A DNA stretch of 32,000 bases from Nitrosospira multiformis ATCC 25196 (GCF_000196355.1 NC_007614.1:1320001-1352000); one strand, 5' to 3'; shown: positions 18,898 to 26,412, counted from the first letter of the stretch. A program made the numbers and translations. Notes: generated by a model not told the origin, from the letters alone.

Positions 18898-20259
18898 ATG
18901 TCCGATGCAAAACCCAGAATTCTGATCGTTGACGACGACACCGATCTGCTTGAGCTGCTGACCATGCGCCTTACAGCGGCGGGATACAAAGTGGACGCCG
19001 TTCCAAGCGCAGAGGCGGCGCTGAACTATCTGGACGTGTCCCGTCCGCAACTGGTCATCAGCGATATGCAGATGAGCGGCATGGACGGCATGGCATTATT
19101 TGAACAAATCCATCGCTCCTTGCCGACCTTGCCGGTGATCATACTCACGGCGCACGGAACGATCCCCGATGCCGTCACGGCTGTCCAGCGAGGGGTATTC
19201 GGCTATCTTGCCAAACCTTTTGACAGCAAGACGTTGCTGGCAAATATCAGTCAGGCGCTCAAGTTCGTTCCGGGCGCCGTATCGCAGAAGGAACTGTCGC
19301 AGGCACCGTGGCGCAAGAATATCATCACTCAGAGCGCCGTCATGGAGGATCTTCTTACCCGGGCGGGACTGGTTGCGGAAGGTGACGCCAGCGTGCTGAT
19401 CTATGGAGAAAGCGGAGTGGGCAAGGAGCTGTTCGCGCATGCCATACATGATGCATCCAAACGATCCGATCATCCGTTCGTGGCGATCAATTGCGCCGCC
19501 ATTCCGGAACAGTTGCTGGAATCCGAGCTGTTCGGGCATGTCAAAGGGGCATTTACCGGGGCTGTCAGGGATCACAAGGGTTTATTCCAGCTGGCCGAGG
19601 GGGGCACTCTCTTTCTCGACGAAATCGGCGATATGCCGGTTTTGCTTCAGGTCAAGCTGTTGCGTGTTCTCCAGGAAAGGCAGGTTCGACCGGTTGGGTC
19701 GGCACAATCGATTCCGGTGGATGTGCGTATTATTTCGGCTACTCACCGCGATCTGAAAACGGAAATCGCTGCTGGAACATTTCGGGAAGACCTGTATTAC
19801 AGACTGGACGTGGTGTCCCTTACCATCCCGGTTCTGGCGCAAAGGCGCGAAGATATTCCTTTACTGGTAAATTACTTCCTCAGCACATTTTCAGAGAAAT
19901 ACCAGAAAAATATCAATGGCTTCTCTCCCGAGGCCATGGAAACACTGGTTGCCGCGTCCTGGCCCGGCAATGTGCGCCAACTCATGAACGTCGTCGAGAG
20001 ATGCGTTGCATTGAGTACTGCGCCCCTTATTTCGCCCGTGCTGGTCTACGATGCGATGCACCGGGAAGAAGAGCAACTCGTGTCTTTCGAGGATGCCCGC
20101 AGAAGTTTTGAACGGGATTATCTGGTGCGCGTACTTAAAATCACCGGAGGAAACGTCACCCAGGCAGCCCGCCTCGCCAAGCGCAACCGCACGGAGTTCT
20201 ACAAGCTGCTGCAGCGATACCAGCTCGATCCATCTGTCTTCAAGCAGGCGCAGGTTTGA
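18898..20259 (+). CDS. glrR: sigma-54-dependent response regulator, GlrR/QseF-like (NtrC family)
   Basis: Receiver domain (ILIVDDD...VISDMQM...ILTAHGTIPDAVTAVQRGVFGYLAKPFD). AAA+ sigma-54 activator domain (GESGVGKELFAHAIH, ESELFGHVKGAFTGA, LQVKLLRVLQERQVRPVGS, FREDLYYRL). C-terminal Fis-type HTH (GNVTQAARLAKRNRTEFYKLLQRY). Confidence 0.92.
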   Translation: MSDAKPRILIVDDDTDLLELLTMRLTAAGYKVDAVPSAEAALNYLDVSRPQLVISDMQMSGMDGMALFEQIHRSLPTLPVIILTAHGTIPDAVTAVQRGVFGYLAKPFDSKTLLANISQALKFVPGAVSQKELSQAPWRKNIITQSAVMEDLLTRAGLVAEGDASVLIYGESGVGKELFAHAIHDASKRSDHPFVAINCAAIPEQLLESELFGHVKGAFTGAVRDHKGLFQLAEGGTLFLDEIGDMPVLLQVKLLRVLQERQVRPVGSAQSIPVDVRIISATHRDLKTEIAAGTFREDLYYRLDVVSLTIPVLAQRREDIPLLVNYFLSTFSEKYQKNINGFSPEAMETLVAASWPGNVRQLMNVVERCVALSTAPLISPVLVYDAMHREEEQLVSFEDARRSFERDYLVRVLKITGGNVTQAARLAKRNRTEFYKLLQRYQLDPSVFKQAQV

Positions 20260-20329
20260 GAAAAGGAAGGACGGGGCTGAGCGGCACAGGTTCTGCTAGA
20301 GTATCCTCCTTTTTTCCTTCCTGGCCGGA

Positions 20330-20749
20330 TCAGGTCTCGCCGGCGATGGGTCTGCGCTCATCCTCGACATATTGGTCGTCCTTCTTCACGGTAAAGCCCA
20401 ATTCGGTCCACCACCGGACCATGTCAACATAGTCCTCTATGCCGCGGGAAAACGGGCGCAGCCTGGAGGCGGGGATGACATCGACAGGGCGTCGCGTTGC
20501 CTACCACAGATCTAATCGTTGTTTTTTCATTCCCAACGATCTCGCTGTCGATGGTTTCCTTGCCGAAATCATGCCGAATGAATTTATAGGTCCGGAATCG
20601 CGGGGCTTTGGCTTTATTTTTCCGGAATTGTCGCGATTGGGTTCGGCGGGAACGATTCCGGGAGATTCGGGAGCCAGAAAATACGTCTTCTCGCTGTTTC
20701 CTATGTGGGCAATTCCTACTGCCGGATAAATGCGAGCGACCGTTTTCAT
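20330..20749 (-). pseudogene. remnant of a LodA/GoxA-like (CTQ quinoprotein amino-acid oxidase) gene: N- and C-terminal pieces only, with a frameshift and an in-frame stop
   Basis: From ATG 20749 the minus strand reads MKTVARIYPAVGIAHIGNSEKTYFLAPESPG...DNSGKIKPK. The expected continuation APRFRTYKFIRHDFGKETIDSEIVGNEK is in another frame. The first frame has TAG at 20501-20503 and then continues ...IEDYVDMVRWWTELGFTVKKDD...* to TGA at 20330-20332. N-terminal 'hPxhGIAxhGNS...GxIKxxAxRFRxY' and C-terminal 'DxVxxWxxLxF' patterns match my recollection of LodA-family termini. Only ~420 bp remain of what is normally a ~2-kb gene. Confidence 0.45.
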
Positions 20750-21023
20750 TCGGTCGCTTCCTTTCCGTCGATTGTGGAGCGGATATCGGTGACTTCGAAT
20801 CATAGCTACTGCCAGAAATATTCCGTACTTTCTTTGTTGCTGCCGCTTTCCATAATTCTCAGGCGGGTTTGGTGAAATATCCGGGAACTCGCTATGTTCG
20901 GCAGCGAACGGAAAAGGAAGCGAACATCGTACACTCTGTTTGGGATAACCAGATCGTTTTGTCGCATTGCTCCTTTTGCTTTTGTTAATGGGTACCTGCG
21001 TTTAATCACTGGGGATGTGCGCT

Positions 21024-21689
21024 ATGAACTCCTTGTATGATGACGTTTCTGAAGCCCGGGCTGTTCGCATTCCGGCAAGCGGAGTCGTGCTGAATGCCGA
21101 TCTGACGGTGCCGCCCCATCCGCGGGCCATTATTGCCTTCGCTCATGGCAGCGGCAGCAGCCGGCACAGCATTCGCAATCGCTACGTGGCCGAAATGTTG
21201 AACGCATATAACTTCGCCACTCTCCTTGCCGATCTCCTGACTGAAGAGGAGGAGGTCACTGACATGCGCACGCGGCATCTGCGGTTCGATATTCCGATGC
21301 TCGCGGACAGGTTGATCGATATCGCTTCCTGGCTCCAGCAGGAGTCGCAGACGACGGATTTGAAAATAGGCTGGTTTGGGGCGAGCACCGGCGCTGGGGC
21401 AGCGCTGATTGCAGCGGCGCAGCGTCCGGAAAATATCATGGCCGTGGTTTCACGAGGTGGACGTCCTGATCTCGCGGGTGCTTATTTACCGGAGGTTGTA
21501 GCGCCTGTACTTCTCATCGTGGGGGAAAACGATCAGCAGGTTCTGGAGCTGAACAAGGAAGCGCTCGCCCGCCTCAATACCGAATCGAAACTGGAAATCG
21601 TGCCGAAGGCCACTCATCTGTTTGAAGAACCGGGAACGCTGGAGACAGTTGCCGGTCTTGCCGCCGAATGGTTTCAAAACCATTGCTAG
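21024..21689 (+). CDS. alpha/beta hydrolase, dienelactone-hydrolase-like
   Basis: AIIAFAHGSGSSRHSIRNRY, nucleophile elbow WFGASTGAGAAL, LLIVGENDQ and KATHLFEEPG. ATG 21015 is an alternative start. Confidence 0.8.
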   Translation: MNSLYDDVSEARAVRIPASGVVLNADLTVPPHPRAIIAFAHGSGSSRHSIRNRYVAEMLNAYNFATLLADLLTEEEEVTDMRTRHLRFDIPMLADRLIDIASWLQQESQTTDLKIGWFGASTGAGAALIAAAQRPENIMAVVSRGGRPDLAGAYLPEVVAPVLLIVGENDQQVLELNKEALARLNTESKLEIVPKATHLFEEPGTLETVAGLAAEWFQNHC

Positions 21690-21704
21690 ATCGGCAATAA
21701 AGCC

Positions 21705-21870
21705 ATGTCTGGCGCTGGATATCACTTCGCAGACAGAGCCGAAGCAGGGAGGATACTGGGAGACGCGTTGTCGGTCTACGCTGGAAGAACCGACGTCCTT
21801 GGTTCTGGCGCTTCCGAAGCTGAAAACAACCCTTCGGCGAACAACCGAAACTCCAAAGAGAGCGACTTAA
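21705..21870 (+). pseudogene. remnant of a phosphoribosyltransferase gene (N-terminal ~35 codons, frameshifted, rest deleted)
   Basis: MSGAGYHFADRAEAGRILGDALSVYAGRTDVL matches the usual N-terminus of the ~220-aa PRTases found next to this kind of DLH (xFxDRxEAGRxLAxxL...DVLVLALPRGG). The expected ...LVLALP continues only in a different frame (TSLVLALPKLKTT...) and stops at 21870. No PRPP-binding loop follows. Confidence 0.45.
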
Positions 21871-21927
21871 GGGGAGACGGAGGGAATTGCAGGATTCCGT
21901 CGCCTGAGGCTCGAGGAGGATTTCATT

Positions 21928-23301
21928 ATGGCTAATATCGATTTTGATTACCATTTGATCGATGTGCTGGAGCAGGACGCGCATACTGTTGCGGAATACA
22001 GTGCAGGTCATGAGTTGATCCGCGCGGTACGCGAGCATGTGCAGGGGAAAAAGTTTGTCCTGATCGGTGAAGCAAGCCACGGTACAGCCGAATTTTATCG
22101 CCTGCGTGCTGAAATTACTCAACACCTCATTGTCGAGGACGGATTCGACGCTGTTGCGGTCGAGGCGGACTGGCCGGATGCCTATCGGGTCAACCGTTTT
22201 GTTGCCGACCGTTCGGAAGATAAGGATGCGGATGCAGCATTGTCCAATTTCGAACGGTTTCCCACGTGGATGTGGAGGAATACCGAGGTATTCGCTTTCA
22301 TCACATGGTTGCGCAACTATAACCAGGAGACGGGGAGACACAAGCGCGAGCAACAGGAACCGGTGGGGTTTTATGGACTCGATTTATACAGTATGACAAC
22401 CTCGATGCGGGCAGTGCTGGCATATCTGGAAAAGATCGATCCGGAAGAAGCTCGCGCCGCCCGGGCACGCTACCGTTGCTTTGGCCAATTCATCGAAAAT
22501 CCGCAGGCGTATGGTTATGCCATTGCGTCCGGGCGGTGGGATTCGTGCGAACAGGAAGTGATCGCACAGCTTATGCAGCTTCAGCGAAAAGGACGGCTTT
22601 ACGTTGAAAAGGATGGGGTTTTTGCCGGAAATGAATATTTCTCGGCGCAGCAGAATGCCGAGCTGGTAAAAAATGCGGAGGAGTATTATCGCGCCATGTT
22701 CAGGGGAAGGCCCAATACATGGAACCTGAGAGACCGGCACATGTTCGAGACGCTCGAAAAGCTCGCCAGCCATCTGGAAGACCGACTGAAGCGGGAAGCG
22801 CGCATCATTGTCTGGGCCCACAATTCTCATCTGGGCAATGCGGCGGCCACCGAAATGGGGCGGCGGGGCGAATTCAACATCGGCCAGCTCGTTACCGAGA
22901 AATATCCGGATAAGTCATTCCGCATCGGATTTTCGACGAGCCGGGGCAGCGTGACTGCGGCAACTGATTGGGATGGACCCGCCGAAACGAAAACCGTTCG
23001 CGAACCGGTTGCAGGCAGTTACGAAGAAATTTTTTCGCAACTGGCCAAGAAACGTTTCTTTTTCGATCTCACTACTGACGGCGAAGCCATGGAGTTTCTA
23101 CGGGAGGAGCGGCTGCAACGGGCTATCGGAGTGATCTACCGGCCTGAAACCGAGAGGATGAGCCATTACTTCTATGCCTGTCTCCCGTGGCAATTCGATT
23201 TCATGATTCATATCGACAAGACGGAAGCGCTACAACCGTTGCCCGCATTCGTCCGCCGCCGGGCGGGTGAAATGGATGAGACCTATCCTTCAGGCTTGTA
23301 G
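21928..23301 (+). CDS. erythromycin esterase family protein
   Basis: LIGEASHGTAEFYRLRAEITQHLIVEDGFDAVAVEADWPDAYRVNRFV, FPTWMWRN, GFYGLDLYS and VWAHNSHLG. SD GAGGAGGA upstream. Confidence 0.9.
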   Translation: MANIDFDYHLIDVLEQDAHTVAEYSAGHELIRAVREHVQGKKFVLIGEASHGTAEFYRLRAEITQHLIVEDGFDAVAVEADWPDAYRVNRFVADRSEDKDADAALSNFERFPTWMWRNTEVFAFITWLRNYNQETGRHKREQQEPVGFYGLDLYSMTTSMRAVLAYLEKIDPEEARAARARYRCFGQFIENPQAYGYAIASGRWDSCEQEVIAQLMQLQRKGRLYVEKDGVFAGNEYFSAQQNAELVKNAEEYYRAMFRGRPNTWNLRDRHMFETLEKLASHLEDRLKREARIIVWAHNSHLGNAAATEMGRRGEFNIGQLVTEKYPDKSFRIGFSTSRGSVTAATDWDGPAETKTVREPVAGSYEEIFSQLAKKRFFFDLTTDGEAMEFLREERLQRAIGVIYRPETERMSHYFYACLPWQFDFMIHIDKTEALQPLPAFVRRRAGEMDETYPSGL

Positions 23302-23362
23302 GAGACCGCGTTTCTCGATTCTCAAGGTGGCGGTGCAGAAAGCGAAGCGCACTGCCAGTCTG

Positions 23363-23377
23363 GATATGCCGCATATC
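23363..23377. repeat. perfect 7-1-7 inverted repeat GATATGC-c-GCATATC just upstream of the ORFan
   Basis: Read directly. Arms 23363-23369 and 23371-23377 are exact reverse complements. It lies 20 nt before ATG 23398 and 8 nt before the GGAGA Shine-Dalgarno. Confidence 0.9.
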
Positions 23378-23397
23378 TACTGAACGGAGATTCGAAA

Positions 23398-24465
23398 ATG
23401 AAAAATGAAATGGGAAAAGTTTCTCCCCTTGAAAAAGATATATTGGATGCAGCTATCAAATCGGTAAATGCAGCACATTCCCGTCCATCAGTTATCGAAA
23501 AAAACGGAAAGCATGAATCCTCAGCTGTAAGTGCTGATTGTCAGAGTCTTCTGGAACGAATGCTCGCGGTAGGCGGAATCGACCAAATCGAAATGGAGCA
23601 ATGCAGTGAGCGCAATGGCAATGAAATGCGCGCAATCTTTAACAAAAAGAAGCAGTCGTTCATTGATCGATCTAACATTATTGCCCAGCAATATGATCGG
23701 CTCACTCGCCAAAGCCAAGGAATACTCTCTCATTTAGGAATTTTTGCTAAGGCTCAGTTCCTGATTACATTAGATGTAGCAGACGCTATTGTCTTAAATC
23801 CACCCATCAGCCAAAGATCTGATGATTTTGAGATTGACATAAAGAGTGATCCCCCCGCTAGTAATCATAATTTTATAAAAGCTTATATGTTCAGTGATAC
23901 GCCATTCCATCTCGGACCCCGATTCTGTATCCCTGGCTACGCTGAATTTACTGCGGATTTCTATTTCCACTGGACAGCTAACGTAGATGCTTACGTAAAT
24001 GCGGTCACATTTGTGCAGCCAAATGGGACCGGTTTTGTATACTCGGGATGGGATCCCTTTCATTCCAACAAGGAATGCGTCACCTATTCCTCAAGCCTCA
24101 GGTATTTCACTCCGCCGCCTAATTTCGATCTGCATCAAAATTCAGAAGGCTGTCTTATCAGTAACCTTGCTAATACAGCCAGCCAGACTTCTGATCAGTA
24201 TGATTATTGCGCAGAAACCGGCCCGTTCGATTTTTTAGGAGCTGCCAATCATGGGTATCTAAGTGACCAGTCAACACTGTTTGATAATAGTCAATTCTAT
24301 CTTCCCGCTGGCTATACCCTCATTTTCGTGGTCGGGGTAAAAGGCTCGTTTCTCCAAATGGGATGCCAACCTGCCATTCAAGAGATAGATTTCTACAAGG
24401 GTGATTTTGGAATTAATGTCCCTGGCGTGTTCTTGGGGGTGTTTCCTGTATCTCCGATTCCCTAG
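23398..24465 (+). CDS. hypothetical protein (ORFan, no recognisable domain)
   Basis: A 355-codon open frame in visibly AT-richer DNA, where long ORFs are unlikely by chance. SD GGAGA sits 7 nt upstream. No signal peptide or TM helix. The N-terminal third looks helical. The C-terminal two thirds are aromatic/Asn/Ser-rich. Confidence 0.7.
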   Translation: MKNEMGKVSPLEKDILDAAIKSVNAAHSRPSVIEKNGKHESSAVSADCQSLLERMLAVGGIDQIEMEQCSERNGNEMRAIFNKKKQSFIDRSNIIAQQYDRLTRQSQGILSHLGIFAKAQFLITLDVADAIVLNPPISQRSDDFEIDIKSDPPASNHNFIKAYMFSDTPFHLGPRFCIPGYAEFTADFYFHWTANVDAYVNAVTFVQPNGTGFVYSGWDPFHSNKECVTYSSSLRYFTPPPNFDLHQNSEGCLISNLANTASQTSDQYDYCAETGPFDFLGAANHGYLSDQSTLFDNSQFYLPAGYTLIFVVGVKGSFLQMGCQPAIQEIDFYKGDFGINVPGVFLGVFPVSPIP

Positions 24466-25026
24466 TGTCCTGAATTAGAAATTCGCATGCGAACTCGTTC
24501 CAGTTCGGCGCGCCCGTAAACTTTGGCGTTATCTGTAACGAGCACGACGTTACCCCACAGGTAACTGCCCTACCTGGAGCGCACCCGTCCCTCACGTTTT
24601 TTGTGGGACTGGGCTGATGGGAGCTCTCATCCCCGCAGGAGGAGTCGATTCCGGTATTCCCAGTCATGCTTTCCTCCTTATACCTGCTGCCTCAACCTGT
24701 CCTTTCTCTACAATCCATCACTGAAATTCCGCCTCCGCTATCTCGATATGAATTCATATTCAATGCCTGATTTTCTTGCTTTTTGATAAAAGCCGTCTAT
24801 TTTAAAAAATATTGCCCTTGTATATAAAAAGAAGCCATGAACAGACAAAAATCAAATCAGTGTAGCGACCAGCGGTGGCGCCGACGGAGGAATCCTATCC
24901 GGGGGTGAGAGTATCCTCGTTCTGATCGAGTTGACCGTGATTTGGATAAAAAATACAAAACGTAGACATCATCAAAAGGGAAAGGGGCAAATGATGTAAC
25001 CACATTACCTGTTGATGGAGGAAGCG

Positions 25027-25818
25027 ATGAAGAAATTGAGTTATGTTGCGTTTCTGGTGGCAGCAGCCCTATTTGGCACAACCCCGGTTTTTGCGCAACA
25101 GAATGATGATAAGGGAGTCGGGGGAGAGGCTGCAAACCGCGCCGTGAACATCAATCTCGGCAGTACCGGAGGGGCGCTGGACAGGGGCGCGCTGAAATCC
25201 GTACGAAAGACGGTGGGGAAGGCTATCAGCGAAGAGACGGTGGATACTTTCGCTGTTTATAGTCCAAGAGCAGGGGGGCCTATTCCGATAGAGGGAGGAT
25301 TGAACGCCTGCGCGGAAGCAGGCTTCAGCTCGAAGCCGGGAGAATTCAAAGCATTCGTCAAGCGTCTGCGTGATATTCGTCCCAAGGCGGGAACGTTCCT
25401 CAATGTGGAGCTCACCGATCAGTGCAAACCTATTGAAGGCGGAGGGGGCGGTGCTGTTTGCGGAGGTATCGCCGGAACACGTTGCCCCGAGGCAAACCAG
25501 TATTGCGACTTTGGGGCCAAATGCAAGATGCCGGACGCACAAGGTCAATGCAAAACCAAGCCCACCATTTGTCCGCAAATCTTCAAGCCTGTTTGTGGAT
25601 GTGACGGCAAGACTTACAGCAACTCATGCACCGCAGCGGCGGCCGGTGTTTCCGTCGAACATGAAGGGGAGTGCAAGAAGTCCGAGCCACAAGCCTGCGG
25701 CGGGATAGCCGGGATACCCTGCCCTGAAGGCCAAGCTTGTATGGATGACCCCAGGGATGATTGCGATCCCACCCGGGGCGGCGCGGACTGTCCGGGAATC
25801 TGCAAGGGTAAAAGATAG
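25027..25818 (+). CDS. secreted Kazal-type protease-inhibitor domain protein
   Basis: ATG 25027 preceded by GGAGGA; the ORF opens at TTG 25012. Signal peptide MKKLSYVAFLVAAALFGTTPVFA/QQ. Kazal signature C-PQIFKPVCGCDGKTYSNSCTAAAAGVSVEHEGEC, flanked by two CGGIAGxxCP Cys-rich modules. Confidence 0.85.
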   Translation: MKKLSYVAFLVAAALFGTTPVFAQQNDDKGVGGEAANRAVNINLGSTGGALDRGALKSVRKTVGKAISEETVDTFAVYSPRAGGPIPIEGGLNACAEAGFSSKPGEFKAFVKRLRDIRPKAGTFLNVELTDQCKPIEGGGGGAVCGGIAGTRCPEANQYCDFGAKCKMPDAQGQCKTKPTICPQIFKPVCGCDGKTYSNSCTAAAAGVSVEHEGECKKSEPQACGGIAGIPCPEGQACMDDPRDDCDPTRGGADCPGICKGKR

Positions 25819-26065
25819 AAGCAACGGGAATACAGGTTAATCTTTGGAGGCCTTATGACTACTCTGGATAAGCAGGTCTTGTTACCCGTGGCGGACAGCT
25901 TATCCGGAGTTTTTCACCCGAACGTTAGACAACGTACAGAGAGATTCCTTGATCAGGTGTTAAAAATCGGAAGGTCCGGCCGTTAGAAAGAGCTAGGCCG
26001 CTTAATCGCAGTGGCACGGTCAAGCGGTACAGGCGCAATCGATCAACAGTTCCAGAGGGAAAATC

Positions 26066-26347
26066 TTGAGCACATCATCTGACAGAGGCAACGCAAGGAT
26101 CAACGAGAGCGGGATCGGCAACCCGGTCGAGAATACAGAAAAAGCGATTACCGATAGCCCGGCAGCAACCGGGTTTTATGGAGCCTACAGGCAGGAGCGG
26201 AGGAAAAGTCATCAAGTGATTTCTACCGCCAGTTATTACCAGGTGGAGCGGCGCGGCAGCACCCGCTATGGGTATGGGGAAACACAGGACTGGTCCGACG
26301 CGGATCCGGAAGCGGATGGAACGCCCTATTCCGGCAGGAATTTTTGA
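26066..26347 (+). CDS. small hypothetical protein, DUF2934-like C-terminus
   Basis: TTG start with GAGGG 6 nt upstream. The segment ISTASYYQVERRGSTRYGYGETQDWSDADPE resembles the DUF2934 pattern (AYxxxExRGxxxGxxxxDWxxAE). There is no ATG anywhere in the ORF. Confidence 0.4.
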   Translation: MSTSSDRGNARINESGIGNPVENTEKAITDSPAATGFYGAYRQERRKSHQVISTASYYQVERRGSTRYGYGETQDWSDADPEADGTPYSGRNF

Positions 26348-26412
26348 CAGCGGGAGATGCAGAGATTCAGGCAAAGGATTCAGGGCATGCAATGCGTAAT
26401 GCTGGCAGGATC

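Noticed and set aside
20806-21009. 67-codon minus-strand ORF between the LodA-like relic and the DLH-like gene (internal ATG preceded by AAAGGAGCA).
   Set aside because: No recognisable similarity and odd composition. The SD-ATG spacing is too short. It occupies what is most simply the divergent promoter or leader region of the + strand DLH-like gene. It could be another relic, but I cannot support a call.
21162-21177. Sigma-54-like match CGGCAC-N5-TCGCA with correct GG/GC spacing.
   Set aside because: It lies in the middle of the DLH-like coding sequence with no plausible downstream target. I kept it only as an internal control, because it shows that this match quality occurs by chance in the window.
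24413-24667. 84-codon minus-strand ORF with a strong SD, and a PIN/VapC-like C-terminal fragment in another frame.
   Set aside because: The ORF overlaps the 3' end of the ORFan convergently and has an implausible Cys/Ser/Gly/Pro/Thr-rich sequence. The PIN-like resemblance rests on ~20 residues (LVTDN...), with stops immediately upstream. That is not enough for a gene or pseudogene call.
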